Source: a virus
Lineage: Duplodnaviria > Caudoviricetes
IMG/VR virus record: IMGVR_UViG_2636415866_000004
Coordinates: 547 to 64,546 of that record
Strand: one strand, 5' to 3'
Length of the DNA stretch: 64,000 bases
Below the pieces are notes generated by a model. It had not been told where the DNA came from. It did no database searches and worked only from the letters and a program-made list of their open reading frames with translations. This document shows positions 10,073 to 18,731 of this stretch, piece by piece. A program made the translations under genes and the position numbers. Numbering within the stretch: position 1 is the first letter of the stretch; every line of letters begins with the position of its first letter.

Positions 10073-10450
10073 TTAACCATTCCCTTTACAACTTGTTTTA
10101 GGCTGCTTAATATAATTCAATAAAACTTCTGCTGCTTCTCTCCATCCATAACAAACCTCAACTAAATAATTCTGATCTCTTAAAGCTTTTATCCACTCAT
10201 TTTGTTTATCTGTAGTCTTATTTTTACCAACTTTAAGTTCTATATATAAACCGAAATATCCACCTCTAGCACATGGTAAAACTACATCTGGAACTCCAGC
10301 TTTTACACCTTGTCTTTTTAACCCTATTGCTGTTCTCTTATCTCTTTTCCCACCATTCGGAACATGATGTAATAACTTCAACTCCTCAAATTCTACTTGT
10401 TGATATCCTGCCCATTGAAATAAACAAGTTTGTTCTTGTCCTTCTGTCAT
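10073..10450 (-). CDS. VRR-NUC nuclease
   Basis: HHVPNGG, GVKAGVPD, YIELK. Confidence 0.92.
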   Translation of the reverse strand: MTEGQEQTCLFQWAGYQQVEFEELKLLHHVPNGGKRDKRTAIGLKRQGVKAGVPDVVLPCARGGYFGLYIELKVGKNKTTDKQNEWIKALRDQNYLVEVCYGWREAAEVLLNYIKQPKTSCKGNG

Positions 10451-11184
10451 TCTTTCTTAATCCTCCTTATGCTTTTATCAATTTTTATTAGTGTATATTT
10501 TAGAAATGGATAACCATCATATTGACTTATTCCACTTACTATTGAATTTTTATCAATATAATATCCTTTCTTTGGTTTTGGATTTTTTATATATTTATTC
10601 GCATTAATTATTTCTTTCTTTGGCTCTGGAATTATTAAATTTCTACTAGAATTCCATTTCTTGCTTTGCAATTCTTTACTCCTTGCAGTTTGTTTTATTA
10701 GATATGCTGCAAGTTCTCCATATTGACCAGTAGAATCTAACGGAAATACTTTTATCCTTCCTTTATTCCAGCACCTCTGTATTATCTTAGTATCAATATT
10801 ATTTATAACTAAGTGATGGTGCTTTGCCCCCTTTTTCCCTATCTCCATAACATGTATATATTTAAGTTCCTTATTTAACTTTTTAAATTCTTTTCTAAGG
10901 AGTTTTAAAAATTCGTCTATGTCTTCACGCATCTCTTTTCTTCCATCTGGTCTGTTTTTTAAAATGTAATCTAAAATTAAGTGGTAATCTCCTTCTTTAT
11001 AATTAGCATTTAATCTCCACCTTAACTTTTCTTCTGCATGCTTCCTATTTATTTCTTCCTGTTCTTCTGTAGTAACACCTATTCTTTTACTTCTAACTAT
11101 TCCAGTAGCTTTATATCTGCTTGAATAATACTTTTTAACTTCTATTGTTTTACCAGCTACAATAGTACTCTTTATATATGGCAT
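10447..11184 (-). CDS. HUH rolling-circle replication initiator-like protein
   Basis: HLILDY (motif I), HHHLVI (HUH), YLIK (catalytic Tyr), WNSSRNL. Confidence 0.8.
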   Translation of the reverse strand: MPYIKSTIVAGKTIEVKKYYSSRYKATGIVRSKRIGVTTEEQEEINRKHAEEKLRWRLNANYKEGDYHLILDYILKNRPDGRKEMREDIDEFLKLLRKEFKKLNKELKYIHVMEIGKKGAKHHHLVINNIDTKIIQRCWNKGRIKVFPLDSTGQYGELAAYLIKQTARSKELQSKKWNSSRNLIIPEPKKEIINANKYIKNPKPKKGYYIDKNSIVSGISQYDGYPFLKYTLIKIDKSIRRIKKE

Positions 11185-11226
11185 ATTTACCTCTCTTTTT
11201 TCTCTTCTGCTTATATCTAATATTTA

Positions 11227-11263
11227 AAGACTTGTCCTAAAGTTAATGTATTTATCAAGTCTT
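11227..11263. promoter_or_regulatory. stem-loop upstream of Rep, candidate double-strand origin
   Basis: AAGACTTG (11227-34) / CAAGTCTT (11256-63) inverted repeat; loop reads ATAAATACATTAACTTTAGGA on - strand. Confidence 0.5.
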
Positions 11264-11344
11264 AAAAGCTTGTTCCAGCTTGTTTTTTTGCCATATATTT
11301 GGTATACTATTTGTACAGAATTTTATATCAAATATATAGCTTGA

Positions 11345-11381
11345 CCATAATGTTTATTGGAGTAAACATTATGGTTTTTTC
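11345..11381. terminator. intrinsic terminator-like hairpin
   Basis: ACCATAATGTTTA..TAAACATTATGGT followed by a T run. Confidence 0.65.
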
Positions 11382-11545
11382 TTTACCAATATTCATTTTA
11401 AATTACCTTTTCTAATTACTCTTTAACTTATATTTTAAGAATAGCTTGTATAATAGAAATGCTATCATCTACATACGTATCAACTTGATTATTTCCAGTT
11501 GTATCTATACATCTAAGATTCATTAATATTTCTTCTAATGCTTTT

Positions 11546-11689
11546 TTATATTTGCTTTCCATAAGTGCTCCTTTCATTAATACATTTATCTAAAGTTTGA
11601 CTAGCTATTAAAGCTTCTTTAGAACTACATCCATATTGTTCAATTTTTTTATACATAATTTCTCTTAACTCTTCAATCTTATTATTCAT
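11546..11689 (-). CDS. Spo0E-like aspartyl-phosphate phosphatase (47 aa)
   Basis: MNNKIEELREIMYKKIEQYGCSSKEALIASQTLDKCINE; SQxLD signature; GAGGA SD. Confidence 0.8.
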   Translation of the reverse strand: MNNKIEELREIMYKKIEQYGCSSKEALIASQTLDKCINERSTYGKQI

Positions 11690-11734
11690 AAATTATCCTC
11701 TCTAAATTTCTTCTACATATAATTTTTATTTCAA

Positions 11735-11836
11735 TTAATCTTGTTTTTTCTTTTGTACTTTTACAGTAACCTTTACATTTTCTCTTTTAGAAATTATTAA
11801 AGCTATTGTCTCAAAAAATCTTTCCATATTAAACAT
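11735..11836 (-). CDS. 33-aa early peptide
   Basis: MFNMERFFETIALIISKRENVKVTVKVQKKKQD; GGGGAG SD; homologue at 62863..62964. Confidence 0.7.
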   Translation of the reverse strand: MFNMERFFETIALIISKRENVKVTVKVQKKKQD

Positions 11837-11912
11837 TTAGTAAATCTCCCCTCTTTATTTCTTCTATATTAATTTCTTTTGCTAATCTTTCAATTTCTTG
11901 CTTCTTCCTCAT

Positions 11913-12059
11913 TTAATTCACTCTCTTCCCCTTTTCCATTCCAGCCATATATGCTATACCAACACTTAATAGCATCTCTTCCTTCGTTGGCTCTACTTTT
12001 CTAAAAATTTCTATTAGTCTTTTAGTTAAATCATCATTTTCAATTTTTTCTGTTATCAT
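11913..12059 (-). CDS. 48-aa first gene of the lytic operon
   Basis: AGGAGG SD; MITEKIENDDLTKRLIEIFRKV... Confidence 0.65.
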   Translation of the reverse strand: MITEKIENDDLTKRLIEIFRKVEPTKEEMLLSVGIAYMAGMEKGKRVN

Positions 12060-12195
12060 ATTAGTTCCTCCTTTGATATTATTTCTCTCTTTACTTCTAC
12101 CAACTTACACATTCAAACTGAAAACTACTGAAAGTAGCTCTTATCATGTTCTTAGATATGTTCACTAAAAAAACTTTTAAGTTCCTTATGGGTAT

Positions 12196-12272
12196 ATATT
12201 AATTCCTTTTGAGAACTTTGTCAATGTTAATGTCAAAAAAAGTTTGCAAAAGAAACTTTTTTTTATTATACT
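12196..12272. promoter_or_regulatory. divergent lysis/lysogeny promoters with overlapping operator-like motifs
   Basis: - strand TTGACA(12224-19)-17-TAATAT; + strand TTGCAA(12244-49)-17-TATACT(12267-72); AGTTC/GAACT motifs overlap both. Confidence 0.7.
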
Positions 12273-12293
12273 AATCTTAAAGGAGGTGATACT

Positions 12294-12830
12294 TTGAATA
12301 ACAGATTAAAAGAAATAAGACTTCATTTTAATAAAACTCAAGAGGAATTTGCAAATAGCATAAACATTAAATCTAAAGCTCATATTTCTGCTTTGGAAAG
12401 TGGCAAACGAAGCATTACTGATAGAATAATTAGTGATGTTTGCAATCAGTATAATGTAAATGAAGATTGGCTACGTAATGGAATAAAACCTATGCTTGTA
12501 CAAACACCCAATGATGAACTTAAACAATTTGCACTAAAGTATAAATTTAATGATATTGAGTATAAATTTTTATCTGAATATGTAAAATTAGATGTAGATA
12601 AACGTTCAGATCTTGTTGGATTCCTTGAAAATATCATGAATAGCGATGCTTCGTTAGTAGCCGATACTAAAAGAAAAATAGAAAAGATATCTAATGATAA
12701 TGAACTTGCAGCTACTAAAGAAGAGGTTGCAAATTCTATAGATGCTGAAGTAGAAGCATATAGACAAGAGCTTGAAGCTGAATCAAAAGGGGAAATATTA
12801 TCAGCTTCAGAAAAGCGAAAAAATGCTTAA
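12294..12830 (+). CDS. CI-like XRE repressor
   Basis: RLKEIR..TQEEFA..ISALESGKR..VNEDWL; divergent from lytic genes. Confidence 0.88.
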   Translation: MNNRLKEIRLHFNKTQEEFANSINIKSKAHISALESGKRSITDRIISDVCNQYNVNEDWLRNGIKPMLVQTPNDELKQFALKYKFNDIEYKFLSEYVKLDVDKRSDLVGFLENIMNSDASLVADTKRKIEKISNDNELAATKEEVANSIDAEVEAYRQELEAESKGEILSASEKRKNA

Positions 12831-12919
12831 TAAAAATTAATTCATATTAATTATATTATTTCTACGTATTTACACGTATTAAAACACGCGTTATAATTAT
12901 CTTGTAAGGAGGTTTCCTT

Positions 12920-13117
12920 ATGAAATCATATTCTTCAAGGGAAATTATAAAAATACTTACAGCTGATGATTGGTATGAAGTAGCTTGTGTTGGTGATCAT
13001 CATCAATATAAACATCCTATTAAAAAAGGAAAAGTTACAATTCCACATCCTAATAAGGATCTGCCAATTAGAACTGTAAAAAGTATTTTTAAACAAGCAG
13101 GGATTAAAATAAATTAA
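12920..13117 (+). CDS. hicA: HicA toxin
   Basis: GDHHQYKHP..GKVTIPHP..DLPIRTVKSIFKQAG. Confidence 0.95.
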   Translation: MKSYSSREIIKILTADDWYEVACVGDHHQYKHPIKKGKVTIPHPNKDLPIRTVKSIFKQAGIKIN

Positions 13118-13156
13118 TCCCGTCCCTCCTTAACTTTATATAAAGGAGTAATTTAT

Positions 13157-13576
13157 ATGAACGCAAAAGATATGTATGTATTTCCAGCTATTTTCACCTA
13201 TGATAATGATGGTATATCAATAGAATTTCCTGATTTACCTGGTTGCCTATCATGTGCTGATACTACTGATGAAGCAATAAAAATGGCAAAAGAAGCTTTA
13301 GCACTTCATTTATATGGTATGGAAGAAGATAATGAAAGTATTCCAAAAGATACTCCAATTAATAATTTAACTTTATTAGAAAATCAAATTCCAATGCTTA
13401 TAGAAGTGTATATGCCATTATATAGAACAGCTATTGAAAATCAATCAATAAAGAAAACATTAACTATTCCTCAATGGCTTAATAAACTTGCTGAGAAAAA
13501 CGAAATTAATTTTTCTCAAATTTTACAAGCAGCTTTAAAAGAGAAATTAGGAATACATTCAACATTAAAAAAATAA
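13157..13576 (+). CDS. hicB: HicB antitoxin
   Basis: IEFPDLPGC..AKEAL; KKTLTIPQWL..INFSQILQ. Confidence 0.95.
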   Translation: MNAKDMYVFPAIFTYDNDGISIEFPDLPGCLSCADTTDEAIKMAKEALALHLYGMEEDNESIPKDTPINNLTLLENQIPMLIEVYMPLYRTAIENQSIKKTLTIPQWLNKLAEKNEINFSQILQAALKEKLGIHSTLKK

Positions 13577-13655
13577 TGTATGAAATAAGGAGTTATGAAA
13601 ATATCATAACTCTTTAAAAATATATAAAATAAACATATGGAAGGTTGTAATTTTA

Positions 13656-14999
13656 ATGCTTAGATGTGCTATATATATTAGAGTTTCCACTGAAGAGCAG
13701 GCTATGCACGGATTATCTATGGATGCTCAAAAGGCTGACTTAACAGATTATGCTAAAAAACATAATTATGAAATAATTGATTATTATATTGACAGCGGTA
13801 AAACCGCAAGAAAAAGACTTTCTAAAAGAAAAGATCTCCAAAGAATGATTGAAGATGTTAAACTTAACAAAATAGATATTATTATATTCACTAAACTCGA
13901 TAGATGGTTTAGAAATGTTAGAGATTATTATAAAATACAAGAAGTATTAGAAGATCATAATGTAGATTGGAAAACAATATTTGAAAATTATGATACGTCT
14001 ACTGCTAATGGTAGATTACACATAAATATAATGTTATCTGTTGCCCAAGATGAAGCTGATAGAACAAGTGAAAGAATAAAAAGAGTATTTGAAAATAAAT
14101 TAAAAAATAATGAGCCAACAAGCGGATCTCTACCAATTGGTTATAAAATAAAAGAAAAAAGTATTATTATAGATGAAGAAAAAGCTCCTATAGCTAAAGA
14201 TGTTTTTGACTTTTATTACTATCATCAATCCCAAACAAAGGTTTTTAAAGAGATCCTCAATAAATACAACTTAAGTCTTTGTGAAAAAACTATTCGTAGA
14301 ATGCTAGAGAATAAACTTTATATTGGTATTTATCGTGAACATGAAAATTTTTGCCCACCGTTGATTGATAAAAACAAATTTGATGAGGTTCAATTAATAC
14401 TAAAAAGAAGAAATATAAAATATATTCCTACAAAAAGAATTTTTTTATTTACAAGTCTTTTAATCTGTAAAGAATGTAGACATAAAATGATTGGAAATGC
14501 TCAAATTAGGAACACTAAGGCTGGTAAAATAGAATATATTCTATATAGATGTAATCAATCTTATGCTAGACATACTTGCAGTCATAGAAAAGTTATATAT
14601 GAAAATAAGATTGAAACATATCTTTTAAATAATATAGAAAGTGAATTAAAAAAATTTATATATGATTATGAATTAGAAGATATTCCAAAAGTTAAAAATA
14701 AAGTAAATAAAACTAATATAAAAAGAAAATTAGAAAAATTAAAAGAACTCTATATTAATGATTTAATTGATATAGATATGTATAAAGAAGATTATGAAAA
14801 ATATACAGAAATCTTAAATACTAAAGAAGAAAAAATAGAACAAAGAAATCTTCAACCATTAAAAGATTTCTTAAATAGTGATTTTAAATCATTATACTCT
14901 TCAATCTCACGAGAAGAAAAAAGACTACTTTGGAGAGGCATTATAAGTGAAATCCAAATAGATTGTAATAATGATATAACTATAATCCCACACCCATGA
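13656..14999 (+). CDS. int: large serine integrase
   Basis: YIRVST catalytic Ser, LDRWFRN, recombinase domain, zinc ribbon CKEC..C..C; att site about 50 bp downstream. Confidence 0.96.
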   Translation: MLRCAIYIRVSTEEQAMHGLSMDAQKADLTDYAKKHNYEIIDYYIDSGKTARKRLSKRKDLQRMIEDVKLNKIDIIIFTKLDRWFRNVRDYYKIQEVLEDHNVDWKTIFENYDTSTANGRLHINIMLSVAQDEADRTSERIKRVFENKLKNNEPTSGSLPIGYKIKEKSIIIDEEKAPIAKDVFDFYYYHQSQTKVFKEILNKYNLSLCEKTIRRMLENKLYIGIYREHENFCPPLIDKNKFDEVQLILKRRNIKYIPTKRIFLFTSLLICKECRHKMIGNAQIRNTKAGKIEYILYRCNQSYARHTCSHRKVIYENKIETYLLNNIESELKKFIYDYELEDIPKVKNKVNKTNIKRKLEKLKELYINDLIDIDMYKEDYEKYTEILNTKEEKIEQRNLQPLKDFLNSDFKSLYSSISREEKRLLWRGIISEIQIDCNNDITIIPHP

Positions 15000-15020
15000 T
15001 TATAGTGGATGTGTAATTAT

Positions 15021-15086
15021 GTTTATATGTTTACTAATAAGACGTTCTCAACCGAAAGAGGTACAAAGCATTTACTAGAATTAATT
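15021..15086 (+). other. hybrid att site of prophage 1 (crossover near AC 15051-52)
   Basis: Phage arm GTTTATATGTTTACTAATAAGACGTTCTCA joined to sfsA codons ACC GAA AGA GGT (TERG). Confidence 0.85.
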
Positions 15087-15296
15087 GAAGTTAAAAATAA
15101 CAATATAGGGGCTGGAGTACTTTTTTTAGTTCAATTAGAAAATGTAAAAAGTTTTTCACCAAATGATGATACTGACCCTAAATTTGCTGCTGCATTAAAA
15201 AAAGCTAAATCTTCTGGTGTAGATATTTTCGTATATAAATGCAGTGTTAGTGAAAATCATATTGAACTATCTCAATCTGTTGAATTAAAATTATAA
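15051..15296 (+). pseudogene. sfsA: 3' half of sfsA (DNA/RNA nuclease SfsA), split by prophage 1
   Basis: TERGTKHLLELIE..GVLFLVQ..FSPN..DPKFAAAL..GV matches SfsA after FPDAP; N-terminus absent. Confidence 0.9.
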
Positions 15297-15320
15297 TCCT
15301 AACTTTTTATAAAAATATGA

Positions 15321-15364
15321 AGACTATAATAAACTTGTATTTTACACAAAATTTATTATAGTCT
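15321..15364. terminator. terminator between convergent sfsA and arsC fragments
   Basis: AGACTATAATAAA..TTTATTATAGTCT. Confidence 0.65.
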
Positions 15365-15448
15365 TATCAGTTAACTTTAGTATATTTTATGAATCTATTT
15401 TTTAATTATACTATATACATAAGTAAGCATTTAAAACAAAACTATTTT

Positions 15449-15549
15449 TTAAATCTCATTCATTTTTATTCTTTTAGCTAAATCAAGTATTTTTTCTTCA
15501 ATTGATTTTGCTATTTTTACAAACTCGTCATCATTTTTATTAGTAGGAT
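15449..15549 (-). pseudogene. arsC: 3' fragment of an arsenate reductase/LMW-PTP family gene, split by prophage 2
   Basis: PTNKNDDEFVKIAKSIEEKILDLAKRIKMNEI* resembles the ArsC C-terminus after the WGLDDP loop; upstream frame is unrelated and has no plausible start. Confidence 0.7.
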
Positions 15550-15630
15550 ACGTTAAATAAGTAATAACTTTTTTTGCAATATATAGTAGGCTAGGAATAA
15601 TCAAAGTTTTTCCTAGCCTTAATATACTGT

Positions 15631-15804
15631 TTAATTTGCGATTTTATTATTTATTTCTACTATTTCAATTACAACTTCTAATAATTTATTAAATGAGTAT
15701 TCCAATTCTTCTGGAATAACCTCTAAAAGTTTTTCTTTTAACCTATCCTGTTCTTCCTCTAGTACATCTAAAATATATTCATTATGTGTTTCATAAAGTT
15801 TCAT
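15631..15804 (-). CDS. 57-aa acidic hypothetical protein
   Basis: GAGGT SD; MKLYETHNEYILDVLEEEQDRLKEKL... Confidence 0.55.
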   Translation of the reverse strand: MKLYETHNEYILDVLEEEQDRLKEKLLEVIPEELEYSFNKLLEVVIEIVEINNKIAN

Positions 15805-16118
15805 ATTTATCTCAACCTCTCTAGTTATTAAATTATCTGTAAAGTTGATATATCAACGGTTTATACGCGCTACAAGAATTATTATACAATAAAAAAACTT
15901 GCGTGCCAGGAAAGTTTCGACAATAGGAAATCCTATAGGAAAGTCTATTTTAAAAGGAGTGTTCAAGCATGTCTTATATACAAATATAAGGTTATAAAAG
16001 CTATTTTTTTGTAATATACAGTTTAAAAATTATTTACTTATAATAATTAAATTAACTTTTTATTTCCAAATTGTCGAAAATTTCTTTTTTTAGATAAAAA
16101 AATAAAGACTAGATTAAA

Positions 16119-16403
16119 CTAGTCCTTCTTTAAAAATTCTTTATACACTTCTATGCATTTATTAATATAAGCACATAATCTTTTATCTTTATAGAAATTG
16201 TATTTAATATCTGTATTGCAGCATATATAATCCAAACTTACATCATAGAACTTTGCTAAATCTATTAATACAGATATACTTGGTTCTGCATATTCTGCTT
16301 CGTAGTTTCCATATGTGCTTCTACTAATATTAAGTATCTTACCAATATCTTCTTGTTTAAGTCCTTTGTCTTTTCTTAGCTCTGCGAGTCTCTCTCCTAA
16401 CAT
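16119..16403 (-). CDS. XRE HTH regulator
   Basis: RLAELRKDKGLKQEDIG..SRSTYGNYE..VSLDYI. Confidence 0.9.
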   Translation of the reverse strand: MLGERLAELRKDKGLKQEDIGKILNISRSTYGNYEAEYAEPSISVLIDLAKFYDVSLDYICCNTDIKYNFYKDKRLCAYINKCIEVYKEFLKKD

Positions 16404-16574
16404 ATTTATCCACCTCTAATTTTGATTTTATCAAAACTAGATTTACAAAAATTTTATATCCAAAAATAAAGTATTTTACATATAAATTCTTATATTTTGG
16501 ACACGATATATATATTAATACTATTATAATAAAATATATAAATTTAATTTATTACCCAATTATTACCCAATGAG

Positions 16575-16799
16575 GTGATATCTATGCTAAAGAAAAAACG
16601 TATTAAGAAACAAATGACAGAACTAGAGCTAGCTAAGAAAATAGGAAGAAGCGAAGGTCATGTAAGCAAATTAGAAAATCATCCATCAGAATGTAATCCA
16701 GGCGTTGATTTAATATTAAAATTAGCTAAAGAACTTTCTTTAAATCCTGTAAAAATCTTTTTATTCTTTGTTAAAAACAGAAAAGAAGATAATAAGTAA
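16575..16799 (+). CDS. XRE/Cro-like HTH regulator
   Basis: MTELELAKKIGRSEGHVSKLEN. Confidence 0.88.
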   Translation: MISMLKKKRIKKQMTELELAKKIGRSEGHVSKLENHPSECNPGVDLILKLAKELSLNPVKIFLFFVKNRKEDNK

Positions 16800-16814
16800 T
16801 TTTGGTCTTAAAAC

Positions 16815-17182
16815 CCTGTACCAAAAATGTACCGAAAATAAATTAGGTTTTGTTACAGCCTGTAGAGTTGATTATATCTAGCTTTAGAGCAACTTTATTA
16901 AAATTGGTAATAAAAAACATTTACACTTTTTGTTACACCTCTAAAGCATTGATATTACTGGCTTTATACTATATATAATATATAATGTAACAATAATTAT
17001 AATATTATATTATATATATAGAAAAAGTATATATCTTATTATTATATAAAGTTGCACGCATATATTTTTTATTTTTGTTACAAATAAGTTTATTCCCCTA
17101 CAGGCTAGTAATACCAAGCTTTAAGCGTGTAACAAACAGGTCAAAACTTTTGTTACAAAAGACCTCTGTTTTTGGTACAAAT
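16815..17182. repeat. iteron origin-like region, copy B
   Basis: About nine TGTAAC/TGTACC/GTTACA motifs in both orientations, TTGATATTACTGGCTTTA-type motifs, central AT-rich tract. Confidence 0.8.
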
Positions 17183-17232
17183 CTATTTTTACCTAATGGA
17201 ATATAAAAATAAGGCTTGAAATTAATCAAACC

Positions 17233-17442
17233 TTACTCTTCATCTTCTATATATTCAACTAGATCTGAAACATTACATTTAAAATATTTGCAAAATTTTT
17301 CTAAATGTTCTACTGGAATATGCTTTTCTTTATCATTACAATAAGCATTAATAGTTGCAACTCTTATTCCCATTAATTCTGAAAACTCTTTTTGACTTAA
17401 TCTATATTCAGCTAATCTAACATGTAATTTCATTTTAATCAT
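17233..17442 (-). CDS. XRE HTH regulator
   Basis: LSQKEFSELMGIRVATINAYC..CNVSDLVEY. Confidence 0.88.
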   Translation of the reverse strand: MIKMKLHVRLAEYRLSQKEFSELMGIRVATINAYCNDKEKHIPVEHLEKFCKYFKCNVSDLVEYIEDEE

Positions 17443-17584
17443 GAATAATCACCTCATAAATATTATATCTTATATTTGTAATAAATAAAGCAAAAATATA
17501 TATAATAATTCCTATAATAGCATTTACTTAATACTAAAATAGGAATATAATTATATTATAATATATTGGGTAAGGAGTGGTTAC

Positions 17585-18340
17585 ATGAAAGAATTAGAAG
17601 TTTTAAACCAAAAGGACTTAACAATTAAATCTACTAAATTAGTTGAAATAATTAATGAATTTAGAAAGGTTGAAAGTGAAGCTAGAGGAGAAAAGTATGT
17701 TGAATTACAGCATTATGATTTTATGAAAAAAATAAAAAAAGAAATTAAAACTTTGGAATCACTTGGCTTATGTAACGAAGGAAATATTTCCGTCGTTGAA
17801 TATATAGACAAAAAGGGTGAGAAAAGACCATGTTTTGAATTAAACGCTAGTGGAATGAGAATGATGTTAAATGCTGAATCTACATTAGTTAGATATAAAA
17901 CTGAAGAATATATTAGTAATCTTGAAGATAATATTAAAAATTTAGCTATAGAAAATTATAAATTGAAACTAGAATTACAAGAACGTGAAATGAGTTATCT
18001 ACAGGACAAAGCTAAATTATCTCAAGGCTTATTATATGCACATAACACAATCAATGCTGAACATGGTGTTGGACAATCCTATATGCCACAAATAATAATA
18101 GATATATTAAAAGCAACTAAAAGTAAAGTTATAAAACAAGATGATAATCGTTATTTTTTTAATGCTGAAAATGTTAAAGAAGAATTTATAAAATATGAAA
18201 TAAAACCTAAAAGATTTAAAGATTTATTAGAGGCACTAGGAGGTTGCAAGACTTCAATTTATATAACTGGAAGGAATGAAAGAAACTATAGATACGAATG
18301 TTATGTTGCACCAAAATATTTAATTGATTGCAATTTATAA
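17585..18340 (+). CDS. Rha-like phage regulatory protein
   Basis: HYDFMKKIK..GNISVVEYIDKKGEKRPCFEL. Confidence 0.8.
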   Translation: MKELEVLNQKDLTIKSTKLVEIINEFRKVESEARGEKYVELQHYDFMKKIKKEIKTLESLGLCNEGNISVVEYIDKKGEKRPCFELNASGMRMMLNAESTLVRYKTEEYISNLEDNIKNLAIENYKLKLELQEREMSYLQDKAKLSQGLLYAHNTINAEHGVGQSYMPQIIIDILKATKSKVIKQDDNRYFFNAENVKEEFIKYEIKPKRFKDLLEALGGCKTSIYITGRNERNYRYECYVAPKYLIDCNL

Positions 18341-18379
18341 AAACTTAATTTTAATTTATTATGAAAGAGGGTAGAAAAA

Positions 18380-18586
18380 ATGAATAAACAATCAGCAATA
18401 ATGTACATAGTAGCTACAGAATTATTGATAGACATAGTTGATGAAGTTAAAGAAAATATTCAAAATAAATGCTATGAAAATGAAAATGAATTATTTTGTG
18501 ATTTAAAAGATATAGAAAAAAGAATTTCTAATGTAAAAAGATTAGGTGAAAATTTTAAAAAAGAATTTCCTAATGAAATAGATTAA
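18380..18586 (+). CDS. hypothetical protein
   Basis: GAGGG SD; terminator hairpin follows at 18623-18645. Confidence 0.65.
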   Translation: MNKQSAIMYIVATELLIDIVDEVKENIQNKCYENENELFCDLKDIEKRISNVKRLGENFKKEFPNEID

Positions 18587-18731
18587 TCAACAATCTATCA
18601 GAAGTTAATATTGACAATAACAGGAGTAGCTAATCTACTCTTTTTATTTTGCGTAAAAATAAGACTAGGATCATTGACTCTAGCCTTACATTAAATATAC
18701 TGAACAAATAAAAAATTTATATGAACAAATT

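Larger units (their letters stand above)
1..15052. mobile_element. Prophage 1 (HK97-like cos phage, right part), integrated in sfsA
   Basis: Contiguous portal-terL-terS-HNH, replication, repressor and serine integrase genes ending at an att junction fused to the sfsA 3' half. Confidence 0.93.

Noticed and set aside
15009-15296. 95-aa ORF as an intact gene
   Set aside because: The first ~14 codons are phage att sequence without an SD; the rest is the sfsA 3' half
16815-17182. CRISPR array or MITE interpretation of the repeat clusters (also 50605-50982)
   Set aside because: Repeats are 6-10 bp, in both orientations and irregularly spaced; no cas or transposase genes; iterons fit better
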